A stretch of 64,000 nt of DNA. It comes from Eledone cirrhosa (lineage: Eukaryota). Shown here one piece after another: positions 37,098 to 50,991 of the stretch. The translations under genes were made by a program, and so were the position numbers. How positions within the stretch are numbered: the first letter of the stretch is position 1; each line of letters opens with the position of its first letter. The notes under the pieces were generated by a model. The model worked only from the letters and a program-made list of their open reading frames with translations. It was not told the origin of the DNA and ran no database searches. Location: the NCBI GenBank assembly GCA_964016885.1, contig OZ024744.1, positions 70,618,001-70,682,000 on the forward strand, given 5' to 3'.

Positions 37098-38238
37098 CAC
37101 TATCACATACACATAATATAAGGATTCTCTGCACTATGGTTCAGCCTTTATCATTCTGATAGCAAATGAAAAATGCTAAAAATTTAACCATAACCCTTTA
37201 GCATTTAAACCAGTCATATCCGACCAGATTTCTCTCACCTCTTTCTGTTCAAACTGGCTGCTCATACTGATGTTAAAGTATAGTTCTCAAAATAAATAAT
37301 ATCAAAATATCATAGATTCAATATTATGTAAGATAAAGCCTTCACCACAAAAATACAATAGTATATATAGAGCAATGTAAAGGCTAAAGGGTTAAGGTAG
37401 AGAATCCTTATAATAATATCTACACTCCACCTACTATAGAGTACTAAGTTGAATAATGGTCTTATTGGCCTTAACTATTATCATCTCATTTATCTATATA
37501 CATACATACATACATACATACATACACACACATTTATTTGAACAAATTCTACAATTGAAAATTACTCTACAAGTAATTCACTTAGATATAGATAAAGCAA
37601 AATAACTACACAATTTGTATATGGTGATATCCAAGCGTTAATACATTGCTTAATTATCAAAACTGTAATCACCCCCTTCCAAATGTCCAGGAAATTATGT
37701 TTCCAATTCCCAACAGAGATCTTTCCTTTCAGATTTTTCAATCTGTGTAACAATCACAGCTAAGTTAAAATTATAATTAAAATTTTGTCAGAACAATTTA
37801 CAAGTAGATTAGCCCTTTTGTTACCACATTTCTAATGAAAGACACTGCCTAAGATTTTCAAATAATTTTGAAAATAATCAAGAATTTTTATTATCGCTGG
37901 TGTTTGGAACACAACTTAAAGTTTCTTATCTAAAATTATGTATCAGGTGTTTGGTATCAATCAACAAGGATTTAACGATTAGAAAAATTTCAGAAGTTTC
38001 CATTACTGATTGCATATCAAAACCTGACTGTATGACTTCTAGAAATATAACATTGTTGCTTGATCTTTCTAGGATATTCCTCTGAAGAAGCATCATTTTC
38101 ATTTACCTGAGAAAAACGGATTTGCTTTCAAAAACAAACCTTTGTTGGCACTAACAAATGAAATTATTTTCTGTGTATGGATGTTTGCTATATGATGAGA
38201 ATAATTTTGAACAAAAACGTCAGTTCACTGAAATTTAC

Positions 38239-38399
38239 CTGGATCGTATTTGAAGCAGATTTCAGAGCAACGGGATTCTGTCTGAGTGACGATACTGGAG
38301 ATTCGTTCCGTCGGATTAACATTGGAGAGTTACTAGGCGAGATCTTCGGACTTTGAGAAGGGCTGGTTCCGCTCATTATCGACACGGAACTATTTAGGG
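38239..38399 (-). CDS. PAN3: PAN3 exon 5 (A-LNSSVSIMSGTSPSQSPKISPSNSPMLIRRNESPVSSLRQNPVALKSASNTIQ)
   Basis: Acceptor ttctttcattttcAG, donor CAG|GTAAAT, 161 nt, phase 1 to 0; SPKISP..SP..RR resembles the metazoan PAN3 SPKITP region. Confidence 0.85.
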
Positions 38400-39049
38400 C
38401 TGAAAATGAAAGAAATAATTTAAATTAGATGGTTTAACTTCCTATAAATATAATCTGGCTAAACTTGGATGCACTTGAGAAATGGTTATGATAAAATGTT
38501 AAGTTAATATGTATATATATGTACACACTGTATACAGTAGAAACCATGCCAAAATGGATGCGTGTAAACACGTATGGAAGTATACATATATGTGTATATA
38601 TACTAATTATAACAATCCTTATTACCAACAAGCCTTAAATGCAGTGGCTTTCCTGAAAAGATTATTTACATTAAACCAACCCATAAACCAGCTAACCACA
38701 ATAACAGGAAAAGGAATGTCACAGTTAAATCATTTCATATTTCTAATGAACAACACTGCTTATGATTTTTAAATAATTTTGAGAATGGTCAAGACTTTAG
38801 AGGGATTTAGCATTATCATTTTTTTCATTATTTATCCGGTGTTTGGAATATAACTTAAAAAAGGTTCTTACATAAAATTATGATGGAAGGTTTTTAGATA
38901 AACAAACATTTAAAAATAAATAGTTTTGTATCATAGAACCAGGGGTGACTTGGTTTTTAAAGGGCCCACTTCATAACAGGTTGCAACACCTGTTGTTACT
39001 CCACTAACCCAACCCAGAACAATCTATCAGCACCTCTAACCATGCTAAG

Positions 39050-39214
39050 CTTAACCCTTCTTATACCAACCCACCTGAAACCTCCCCTGCTCATGTTATA
39101 AAATTACCTGTTTTAAAGTGCTCATATTTAACCTTCCAATATAATTTTATTTTCAGAATTAATTGAAACACGTTGGCCATGTATTTCATTATAAATATAG
39201 TAACAAAAGGGTTA
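39050..39214. mobile_element. Second piggyBac-type MITE family
   Basis: TTAA-CCCTT...AAGGG-TTAA termini; related partial copy near 39435. Confidence 0.6.
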
Positions 39215-39619
39215 ACAAAACTGATCACACCCCTCTCAACTGCAACTGAACCAACTCCTTTTTGCTGTCCCTTAGATTCCAATTGCCAATCCACAAGAAG
39301 TAGACTATTAATGCAAGGTTTGCACAGTCAATTCTACAAAAATCTACATTGGCCTTACAGTTAAGTTCAAAAACTGGTACAACCAGGACACCTTGTTCAG
39401 GAATACATCATTACATTAACCATAATATCCTAAACTTAACCCCCATTGATACTAACCTGCCCAAAACCTCTCCTGGTTCCTATTTAAATTAAAATCTAAC
39501 ATAATTTGAAAAAAGAATATTTTGTTAAATTATATTACAAATACCATCTTAATAATGAAATAATTATCTCAGTAAATCCTTCCAAATTCTTCCATAATTA
39601 ATTCAAGTACAGTAATTCA

Positions 39620-39962
39620 AGTTAGAGACCGCATCTCCAATGAAGAGGTGCGAAACAGAATTTGGCAAGCCATCAGGCCCTACGAAGACCTGTTGACCAT
39701 TGTGAAAAAACGCAAATTGAGATGGTACGGGCACGTGACAAGATCTTCAGGGCTTGTAAAGACTGCCTTGCAAAGAACAATACAAGAAGGAAGAGAGATA
39801 GATAGAGAAAGAGATGGGAGGACAACATCCCGGAATGGACAGGCATGAGGCTAGGTGCAACCATGAGGAAGGCAGAGAGGCGAGAGGAATGGAAGGAGCT
39901 GGTTGCCAGATCATCTGTGGCACCCCAAAAGTCCATCAGACTACAGGACAGATAGATAGATA
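39620..39962 (+). mobile_element. 3' end of a different RTE LINE with (GATA)n tail; similar short end at 24748-24890
   Basis: ISNEEVRNRI...IVKKRKLRWYGHVTRSSGL...WEDNI.EWTG; ends in GATAGATAGATA. Confidence 0.85.
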
Positions 39963-40049
39963 TTTCATTATATATATATCACAACGAAAGTGTTAAAGGA
40001 CATGAATATCCCATACAGTGTGAAATGGAATATCACTACAAACACTAAA

Positions 40050-40402
40050 TCTTTTACTTGTTTCAGCCATTAGACAGCAGCCATGCTGGAACACTAACCT
40101 GTTTTAGGTAATTATATTGACTACCAGTACTTAATTTTTCCAAGTCTTGTACCTATTTTATCCTTCACTTGTTTTGTTGAACCACTAAATTACAGGGCAT
40201 AAACACAATACATAAATGTAAACATAGACATGAACACACACGACAGGCTTTTTGCAGTTTCCGTCTACTAAATGTTTACTCACAAGGCGTTGGTCAACCT
40301 AAGACTATAGTAGACAACAGTTGTTCTAAAGTGCCACACAGTGGGACTGAACCCAGAACCAACTGGTTGCAAAGCAAACTCCTTAACCACACTGCCATGC
40401 CT
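40050..40402 (-). mobile_element. Third tRNA-derived SINE family; partial copies at about 46430-46530 and 58870-59015
   Basis: GGCATGGCAGTGTGGTTAAG head, GGTTCAGTCCC B box, CTATAGTCTTAGGTTGACCAA core. Confidence 0.7.
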
Positions 40403-40665
40403 TCATCATCACTATTTTATGTTTGCTTTCAATGCTGGTATGATTTAGATGGGTTATCACAGACCAAATCAATTCTTATTTGGGGTCACTGCTCTCCTAG
40501 ATGGGCCAGGGTGCCACTTATCATTCATATGATCCATTTTTAGAATAGTTTCTATGACTGGATGTCCTTCCTAACACCATCCACTTAACAGAATGCACTA
40601 GGTGCATTTTCAAGTGACCAATGTTATCGAGATTGTCATTTCCTTGACAAATCTAAAGAAACCTC

Positions 40666-40697
<32 letters not shown>

Positions 40698-41699
40698 ATT
40701 GCTAACCCCCTTTATAGAGTTTATTGGGTGCATTTTATCATGTCACCAACACTAGAAGTTGTCTTTTGCCTACACAGTTAAAGAGTCCTAGCCATTCTTT
40801 CATGCTCTAGAGTGTGATTAGAAAAGAGCAATGACTATGGCCGAGTGAATAGAGGAAAACAATGACAGAATAGTAGAGGAACAAGTGAAATAATGGTGGC
40901 TATATGCTAGTTGATGGTAAAAAGGAGAGTAGAAAAACAGCATGAACAACATGATGGATTTTGAATATAGATATGACTAGTAGAAGAGAGAGCTGGTAAT
41001 ATATAATAACAGAGAAATATAATACCAAGTCAAAGTGGTAGTTGACAGCTAATTCTCATAAAAGAGTGAATGGTTAGCCGTTGTGGGTGATTGTATTGAA
41101 AATGAACACAGGTGGTGACTTATGAATATCAACAAAGTGAAGGGTTCAATGTCAACAAAGATTCTCATGTGTGAGAGAGAGAGAGAGAGAGAGAGAAATA
41201 AAGTGACAGAAAAACAGTGCTGATTTTGTATCAAGACAGATTCAATGCTACTTTTTATTACAATGGTGTCATGATAGGAGTTTAGGTGTAGTGGTTGACT
41301 GATGGTGATGATAACGGGTGATGTTGTAACAATAGTATGGGTGAGAGGGATGTAGAGTGATAGAGATAATAGGTGTCAGTAGTAATAATAATGTGTGATA
41401 ATGGAGGAATTAAATATAGATAGATAAAAATAGCAAATTAAAATTTCGATTAATTCACACACAAACATTCATATGTACAAATAGAAACATACAAAAAACT
41501 GGACTGTATGAATTAAATAGGTCCTTGGACTTATCAAGGTAGGCAGTAACAAAGTAAAAAAAAAAATGTTTTTAAACTGACTCAAACAGCAGGAACACAC
41601 TAAACTATGCTAGCACAGAAAGTGAACATAAAATATAACACACACACACACACATTATATATATATGTGACCATCAAAAACACTTGTGAAAATACATAC

Positions 41700-41835
41700 C
41701 AGGGGTGACATGCGGAGATGGAGTGGATATTGTAGACATTTGTGAATATGTGGGGAACGAGGGCGAACTTGAACTGTGAGTGAGAGGAGCGGTTGGTGAT
41801 TTACGGACATAGTCGCGTAGCGTTGGTGTTGAATC
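41700..41835 (-). CDS. PAN3: PAN3 exon 4 (DSTPTLRDYVRKSPTAPLTHSSSSPSFPTYSQMSTISTPSPHVTP)
   Basis: Acceptor tctttctctttctAG, donor CTG|GTATGT, 136 nt, phase 0 to 1; Ser/Pro/Thr-rich like the disordered PAN3 N-terminus. Confidence 0.8.
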
Positions 41836-41884
41836 CTAGAAAGAGAAAGAGAATTATATATGCATGAATGTGTGTACGTGTGTG

Positions 41885-41919
<35 letters not shown>

Positions 41920-42004
41920 ATAATAATAAATGTGAAGACTAAAATCTAAAAAGGGCTCGTTAAGGATATATATCAAATCGCTGCTTTCACCCTTAACAGG
42001 ATCT

Positions 42005-42057
42005 GAGTTTCAGAAGATCCCGTTAAGGGTGAAAGCAGCGATTCTTTGCTTAAACTT
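42005..42057 (+). ncRNA. Second copy of the CAGAAGA hammerhead-like fold, in the inverted arm of a short Penelope-like element (41915-42075)
   Basis: GAGTTT CAGAAGA TCCC GTTAA GGGT GAA AGCA..TGCT T AAACTT; stem I GAGTTT/AAACTT. Confidence 0.55.
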
Positions 42058-42072
42058 TAATCTGTTATTTTA

Positions 42073-42134
<62 letters not shown>

Positions 42135-43376
42135 CCTATATATAGGAAATAATATATATAACCATAGAGCAACTATTTCTAGAACACATAAAAAATTTAA
42201 GCACAGAATCTTCACTTTCAACTAATACACACACACACACACACACTACAATGGAACAAAGACAAATGAATGGCAATATAAATGTAGACTTTGTTCAGTC
42301 TGAGAAACATAATAAAATCTTAAAAACTTCATTTCTAATTAATATACTATCCTAAAAAATGTAGTTTTTATTTTTCATTTCCAATGTGGCTATAAGCTTT
42401 TACAGGCAAATACAAATAGCTTATATAATTATATGGTCCACATTGTCAGCCAGTCCATGTTGTAAAGTGGTCGTGTAGGCAACACAGCAAAAAGCACCCA
42501 GCACACACTGGAAAATTGGTTTGTGTTAGGAAGGGCATCCAGCCATAGAAACCAAGCCAAAATCAGTTCTGTGTGAGCGAATCACGGTCCGCCGACATGA
42601 TCCCTCGCAAAGGGACAGCCCGTACTACCCAAGCTAACGTGGAAGATGGTCGTCAAATGATGATGATGATCAATTCTCCCTTCTACTTCCCACCTACATT
42701 TTAAAATCTATTATTCACTTCTGTCACTTCGAGTCAATATACCGTAAGTCAAACCATTTAACTGTGAGCCTTTCACTGAATTTTGTTCATCCAGTGAATG
42801 CTGAAATATATACTAAAAAAATTGATGGGGCATAGTCATCTGTCAATATGTAAATAAAGAACAATTAAGATATTTGAGATGATTTGTTAGCTATATACTT
42901 GCAAAAGTTTATTTAACGAAAAATGCTGAAGTACACTTTCTTCAATTTCATTTTCTCCATAAGAAATTACAACAAAAAGATTAAAATGTATTTTTTATTA
43001 CGCTTGTAATTTATGCTGTGAAAATATGTTAACAAATTAAAATCAAATATTAATTAACAAATTGAAATGTGTTTTGTATAGTATATTTTATAATTTGTGT
43101 TAACAAAAGAGTAATTCTTCCATTTGAACTGAATCCAAAACTAAATTAGCATGCTTATAATGAAGAAATATTTTTTTGTGATGTTATCATTGTTCATGTT
43201 TGTGTTGTCCAATATGGAACAGTTTGATTATATGGAAATTTGGTTGTGATTGATCAAAACAGTAACCATGCCAGGGCTCCATCATGAAGCAAAATAACTA
43301 TTGAATAATTAATGAATGATACCAGTAATAATAAATATTGTTTCTAATACAAAAATAATAATGCTTTTGCCTTAAG

Positions 43377-43804
43377 AGTGTCTACCAGTCATTTATAGTA
43401 ACTTTAGCATAGATTTTTTTAAAAACCCATAGCTCTTTTTCAAAATGGGCTTCAGATTTTTGTTTATCACATCAGGGATTCCGAATCTGAAGTTAGAAAA
43501 AATATTTTTCATATATTAACTATTTTTACAACTTTTTTTAATTTGAAATTTAAAAACCCTTTTTTTTCTATCAGAATATGATTAGGATTAAGGAATTTAA
43601 AGTACAGTAACTGTAAATTCCCTAACTCTAACCAGATACTGATAGAAAAAAAGTCTTTTTAAATTTCAAATAAAAAAAATTGAAAAAATTAATATATGAA
43701 AAACATTTTTCTAACTTAGTATTTCAAAACAAAAATTTAAAGACAGTATTTAAAAAAAGTATACTATAAAAGCTAGAGGGAAATAAATGCCTCAAAGAAT
43801 ACTC
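43377..43804. mobile_element. AT-rich foldback/MITE element
   Basis: Mirror symmetry centred at about 43607 (AAGTTAGAAAAA..TTTTTCATATATTAA...TTTTTTCTATCAG vs CTGATAGAAAAAA...TTAATATATGAAAAA..TTTTTCTAACTT). Confidence 0.7.
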
Positions 43805-46752
43805 AGGAAAGCAAATCTATATATAATACATTTTCTCAATGACAAAACATTGAACAGAAGCTTAAAACATTGCAAAGCAGTATGGAAAGACACTTGTTAA
43901 AAACGATTAAAAAGGAGCAGACAATTTGGTCAATGGATAAGGCAAAGAAAGTATAAGACATCATAAAACATTAAGAAGAGAAAATGGAAGTGGGCATGGT
44001 ATGTTGTTCAAACATGTGACAACCGATAGGCAAAAGTATAAAAGGTGTGTACAAAATGAAAACAAAAGGTTCATATAGTCGAAAAAGATAGAGGAGGATA
44101 CAGAGAGATGAGATTAAGTTTTTGGTTGTTACATGGATGAAGGAAGTACAGCATAGGAACAACAAGCACCAGCTTGGGGAGGCTTACACTTTACAGTGAG
44201 CAGAGAATGACTGAAAACAATGATAAACATGACAACGTTTCTGCATATTAAGTACAGCCATTTCACTGATGGTAGCAAGATCCTGTCTTTCCTTCTTATC
44301 ATGACTTTAATTTTTGCTAAACTTACTCCAAGGCATTTTGATTCTAGTTTTTCTTTTTACATATTGGGAATTATTTCTCTATATCTTCCATGGATTCATG
44401 TATGTGTTAGGTCATAGTCATACAGGTACCCTCTGTTATGGTCTGGAGAACTATAATGAACAGGAGTTGGCTAAAAACCAAGCGTTGATGGACTTTGATC
44501 TGCACACTGAATCCCTTATTAAAACTCATTACTTACTTTCAGTTTACAGACAGTATCCATGCATATGGCTTGTACTACTTTCACAAACCATTAATTTTAC
44601 CATAATGCATATATAAAAATTAAGAGGGTAAAGAGTAAAGACCCCTTTCAGTCATGAATGACCATGGATTTTGCACCTAGAAAGTTCCCCTGAGACAAGC
44701 CTAGGCAAGGTGTTTTTGTGGAAGACCAGCAGTCTCCCCTACCCTCCTATCTACAGCTGACTAAACAGGAACAATGTGAAATAATTGTTTCTACTTTTGG
44801 CACAAGGCCAGCAATTATCCAAGTGCATTACTGGTGCCTTATTTTATCGACCCTGTAAGGATGAAAAGCAAATTTAATCTCGGCGGGATTTAAACTCAGA
44901 CAGTAAAGGACCGTAACTCTGTGGCGTATGACCCTCAACCGATACTGCAAATCTGTGAAATAATGTCTTGCTCAAAGACACAATGCATCACTGTCCAGGA
45001 ATCAAACTCAGAACCTCATGATTGTGAATCCAGCTCTCTAACCGCTAAGCTATGTACTGTCACACACATATATATCTATATCCATATACTGTACTGTTTG
45101 TGTTATTTCTGTTTACCTTTTATACAAACACAACAAATGAGATCGTGTAGGTCTCACGACAAAAAAACACACAGTCCATGCTGTAATGTGGCCGTGTAGG
45201 CAACACGGTAAAAACCTCCCTGCCCCACACTGTAAATGAGGTTGGTGTTAGGAAGGGCATCCAACTGTAGAAAACCCGCCAGACAGTCCTATGCGAGCAA
45301 TGACAACCACTCTTGCCTCAAGTGGGAAAACTCCCGTCCAAACCCATGCAAGCGTGGAACATGGACGTTAAACGATGATAATGAAACACATGTAGGCACA
45401 AAAACATGCATATATCTGAATTCATACACACAACTACAGACACACAAATGCTAAGATCCATTGACAAAAATGATGTGTATCTACGAATATATTATACATA
45501 CCTACATACACTGCACATTTTACATATCTATCAATTTATACACAAATGTACATGCACAAACATATAGAAAAACAGGGGAAAAAAATGTGTGCAAGTGCAT
45601 GGAAAAGAGAGTGATAGAAAAATAGAGCAAGAACAGAAAAAGAGGAATTGAAGCTGGAAGGTGATAATGTTCCAATTTAGAACAAAGAATGCCTTCTATT
45701 TTATCCTTTCAGTAATTGATGATAATTACTATATACTATTATATTTTGACGGTTAAGGCTTTACATCATAATTATCTCACACAATATCGAATCTATGAGA
45801 TTTAGATATTGCTTATTATCAGTATGAGTGGCCAGTTACAGCCGGTTTGAACAGAAAGAGGTGAGAGAGTTCTAGCGGGATACAGCCGGTTTAAGTGCTA
45901 AAGGGTTATGGGTTAATTATGGAACAGTATTTGTTCTGGTGCTCCAAGTTCAAATCTGACCATGGTCAATTCTACTTTTAACCCATCTGAATTTGATAAA
46001 GTACTAGTTCAGGGAGTTGCTCTAGTGGAATCATTAAAGTGTTGGACATAGCTCAACTCACACTGTGATTAACTTAATCTGTTACCTGGTTCAACACCAC
46101 CACCTAGCCCCAGAAAGCTTTTAGCAGAGTCTATGCAATTGCAAGCATTCAGGCCAGGTGTCTGGATTGAGGATAACTTCCTCCTTCTCACTGCTCTACA
46201 AAAAACTAACCAACAAAAAAAAAAACAAAAAAAAAAGACAAACAAAAAATTGAACAAATTTAACTTAGATTCTCAATTGGTTTTAATGTCATTGAACTAA
46301 AGTGTGACTGAACATTCCACACACACACATATACCCATAACAGAATTTTAATAGGCTAAATATGTGAAAAGGCTGAACCTTTAAATTATAGTACAATAAA
46401 TTCAACAGGCTTCTAGTTAGTTACTATGAACCCAATTTCACTTGCAAGGTTTGGGTTGACACAATGTTATGATAAAAGACACTTGCCCAAAATGCCATGC
46501 AGTTAGAGCCTCATGACTGCAATGCAAACTTTGACCCCTTAACCTTAACTGCATCGACAGAGTGATGGGCAGCTAGACAATGATTGTTGGTAAAGAGAGT
46601 AAATAGAAAAAGGATGAATATAATCGGGGAAGATAGAGTGAAGAGAGAGAGGGTGATAGATAACTATATAGTGGTTGGTGTTAAGGGGCTTGAGTAAAAA
46701 TACAACACATATAATAGAATAAAATAAAATTTTTAAAATGCCAAATACTAAC

Positions 46753-46890
46753 TTGACTCGGTGTCGGACTTGAAAGATTCAAAGCTGCGAAGTTATCATT
46801 GAGATTATCGTCTACCCGAGTCGATAGAAATGGTTTTACACCTTGAGGTAGCGGACCAGAGAAATTATTCCGTGTCCGAGCTCTCTGTCT
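46753..46890 (-). CDS. PAN3: PAN3 exon 3 (RQRARTRNNFSGPLPQGVKPFLSTRVDDNLNDNFAALNLSSPTPSQ)
   Basis: Acceptor ttttctcattgacAG, donor CAA|GTTAGT, 138 nt open, phase 0 to 0. Confidence 0.75.
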
Positions 46891-48847
46891 CTGTCAATGA
46901 GAAAATATATGCTAATTAATTGTTGGATTCCTGTTTTATTGAATTTGTATTAAATGAAAAATAAATTGTTCCAACTAAAATGAACGTGAAATGTTACAAG
47001 AAGTGAAACAAGAAATTATCTATTATTTATAATTATAGTCATTTGCTTTTTTCTAGATAAAAATATTTTTGTCACAAATCTGTTTATATCCGACACATCT
47101 TACTACCATTCCCTCTGTATTGCCAGCCATGAATTCCTCTCACCAAGGCCACTTCTTACTGACAACCATCACTCTCTCCTACCGTCACTCATCGTTATTA
47201 CTATCTACCACTGTCTCTCTTCTATCAATCGACACTTTGCTTAATTTCATCCACCCTACAATCCCTCACTTCACCAACTCACCCTATTCTTTCTGTCATC
47301 ACCCTCTCTTTTATTCACCCTTGTGGTCATGTTGCTTTGAACGAATGAAAACACTAGAGTATTCAGGAACTTTTTGTCCTGCTGAAGATATGAAAACTTC
47401 TCTAGTGCTACTGCCACAATAAAATGCACCGAGTACAATCTGTTAAGTGGTTGGTGAACAACATAAGGTAAAAAAGATCAGTCTTGCAAGACACAAAGGA
47501 ACTTCGCTAGTGCTGATGCCACAATTAAAAGGTTGGCGATTAAGTGGAGAAAACATAGGTTTAAGTGGGCTCTATAGTACTGCTGAGGACATAATCACTA
47601 TAGTCCTGATGTCACAATAAAAAAGAAAAACATTTAATACACTTTGTAAAGTGGTTAGTGTTACAAAGGCATCCAGCCATAGAAATTTGTAAATATGGAA
47701 CACACAAGCAAGATATGGTCATATGACCTGTCCAAAAATGTAACAACTCTGAATAAGAACTGAGTCAAGTAGTAACATGCCATCCAAATAATGCCAACAT
47801 AGAAAGCAGATGTAAAACGATGATGAAAATGAGGTCTAATAGGTTGAAACATGTTTGAAATAAGGTGCAGGCCTGGTAGTGTTATTAAAAAGTTGGATTG
47901 CTATCATGGAGTTTCAGTTCTTGCTGCTTACTGTTCCTGTAATTCGACCACATACAAAACCTACATTCTTTTCTAGCTTACCTATGATCCCACATCATCT
48001 CTTGTGTACCCATAGTTTGCATTTGAGACAGGATGGACACTGAGCAAGAACATTTCCCTAGGGGAATCTGGGCCCTATTTTCTTTTCTACTTACTAAGTC
48101 TTTAGTCCAAGTAAATAGAAATACATATACATATATATGCATACACACACACACACATATATACACTCATACGTGTGCACACACAAACAGTGAACCCTTT
48201 GGTAACCAATCTAATTCATTCCAGAACCTCATTTGTTACCAGTCATTAAATTTTATGTATTTAGAGACAATTTGTTCAAAACCATAACCAATATCCAAAG
48301 TCTATACCCAATGCATTCCTTTAAAAATTAATGAAACACAAATTATAAATAAAATTAAATGCATATAATAAAAACAATGTAATAAGTGTAGCATGGAAGA
48401 ATGGATGTAAAACGATGATGATGATAATATCTAGAAAAAAATTAAAAGATTGCTTTCGATTTATCGTTTTGTTTTATTTTATACTTATAAACAGAAGCGT
48501 GTTAACTTATTTGAACAGTTACCAAATTATTGAGGGACAAAAAATAAATGCCTACAAAACAAACACCACGTGTAAAGTAAAGCCAAACAAATATGAAAGC
48601 TAGCCAAGAAATACACCAATACATTCACATACAGAATAAGTGTGAGCAAACCATATGACTAGCTTTTAATTATTTTTTTTTGTATGGAAATCATGATTTT
48701 ATTTGTTATCAAATTAATGGAAAAGCATTCATTCCCAAAGGGGCCACTGTATATACACACACACATACATAAATCCATGTCAATGTGCAAAGCAAGTGTA
48801 AAATAATGATATAATATACATATACAGATATGTAAGTAGATCATCAC

Positions 48848-48883
<36 letters not shown>

Positions 48884-49795
48884 TCATCATCATTTTACAT
48901 CCGCTTTTCCACACTTGCATATATATTTAAATGTACACACAAACACTCATACAAAAACGCCCTTTTCTAAATATGGCAATCAACAGAGATTATCCATGAA
49001 ATTTCAAAACAAGAACCTGCAATCAAACCTAGAGAAAAACAAGGGAGAAAAACTGCCAGAGCCTAAGCTAATCCAAATTTTTTGGAACATTTTCAGAAAA
49101 TGTAGTAGTAAGTGAATTTTGACTTCATGCTAACTTAAGTGAAAGTAATAGACATGGTTTAATCATGTTGGATCTCCTCGGTGAATTATATTCCCATACC
49201 AGGTTGACTAAACTAGAATGGTCAATTTATATATTAGATAAAAAGCACCCAGCCATAGAAGCAGTTCTGTGTGAGCAACACACGGTCACCTGACCCAACT
49301 TGCCTCAAATAGGACAACCCGTCTAACCCATACTAACGTGGAAAATGGACATTAAATAATGGTATTGTACAGAATAGCATAGTAATAAAGAATAATTGTC
49401 AGAAAAAGTAATGAAACAGTTCATCACTTGGGTAAAAATTTATAAAACATTGTTTATAATTTGAATCTAGTACTTTCATCTTTCACAAGACTTATCAAGG
49501 TATAAAATTTAGTTATTAAAAGGCTAGTCAAATGTTTCATATTTTACCCAAGTAGTAAACAGTATTCTGCTATTTCTAAGAACTATAATTTATTAATATA
49601 TATATATATATCTCATCATCATCATCATTTAACATCTATTTTCCCTCGTTTGCATGGGTTAGACAGGTTGTTGAATTATGAGACAAATCAGATCCAGAGA
49701 CCACATCATGCTCATACGGATCTGTGTTTTGGCTTGGTTTCTACACTACAGCTGGATGCTTTCCTAAATACCAACCACATTACATTGTGGAATAT

Positions 49796-50697
49796 ATCAT
49801 CATCATCATTTTACGTCCGCTTTTTCCTGCTTGCAAAGGTGGGACGGGTCTTATTCAGCATAGCATCTCTCCACTCGTCATCTCCTCCGTGAGCTTCAAT
49901 GATCTGAGGTCTGTTCTCACCACCTCTGCCCATGTTTTTTCGTGGTCTACCTCTACCACGTCTTCCTTCAACTGGCAATTCCTGGCACTTCTTCACCCAT
50001 CGGTCATCCTCCATGCGCATCACATGTCCATATCACCTCAGTCTCCTCTCCCGTACACTACATTCTATCCCTCTCAGACACAGTTTCTCTCTCAACACAT
50101 TTATGCTGGGTCGTTCACGCACATTTACACTGCACATCCAACGGAGCATGCTTGCCTCATTTCTCTCCAGTTTCTGCCCATGTCTCACTACCATGCAGCA
50201 TCGCGCTCCTCACACAGGCATCATACAACCGGCCTTTCGTACGCAGGGAGAAACCCTTCTTCGTCAACAGAGGAAGCAGCTCCCTAAACTTCTTCCAACC
50301 CGTCCTTATTCTAGATACTATGGCCTCGGAACACCCTCCTCCCATGCTAATCTGATCTCCTAGGTACCGGAAGCTATCCACCACTTCTATAGCGCCCTCC
50401 TGCATTTGAAAAATGTGTCTATCAATGCGACTTCTACTGTCTAATTTCCCTGTACATCTACTGCATACATATTTCTCCCTACCTGTTAGTTTGCCTGCTA
50501 TCCCGCTACATCTCTTGTGTACCCAGGATCTGCATTGTGTGCATTTTATAGAAATTATGCCAGTTCCTTTTCTGCATATCGAACATGGCCATTTCCCTGA
50601 CGGAATCAGGGTTTTGTGCTCTTTTCTACTCAACACTTTTGTCTTAGCTAGATTTACTCTCAGTCCTCTTGCTTCCAACTGCTGTTTCCATAGCCAG
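49796..50697 (-). mobile_element. 5'-truncated RTE-type LINE, family C; short 3' ends at 22795-22958 and about 728-765
   Basis: GLRVNLAKTK, PHD CSIC..CTQC..HKRC..CSRC, FRYLG, HGSETW; tail CCCACCTTTGCAAGCAGGAAAAAGCGGACGTAAAA(TGA)n shared with the SINE at 18171. Confidence 0.9.
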
Positions 50698-50951
50698 AAT
50701 ATATGTATGTATATATACACTGTAAATGTGGTTGGTGTTAGGAAGGGCATCCAGCCGTAGAATACCTGCCAAATAGTCCTATATGAGCAAGACATTGTCA
50801 ACAGACCAATCTTGCCTCAAGTGGGACAATTCCTGTCTAATCCATGCTAGTGTGGAAGATAGACGTATGATGATGATATATACACACATATATACCATGT
50901 TACAGTGTGGAATATATGTGTGTGTGTATATATCGTTAAACACTGATGATG

Positions 50952-50991
<40 letters not shown>

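Noticed and set aside
36313-37100. Hydrophobic AT-rich ORFs suggesting a mitochondrial insertion (NUMT)
   Set aside because: No recognisable mitochondrial protein motif; the region is explained by a long inverted repeat.
50157-50801. 214-aa ORF as a novel fusion protein
   Set aside because: Chance read-through from an antisense LINE 3' UTR across a TA tract into a truncated family C LINE.
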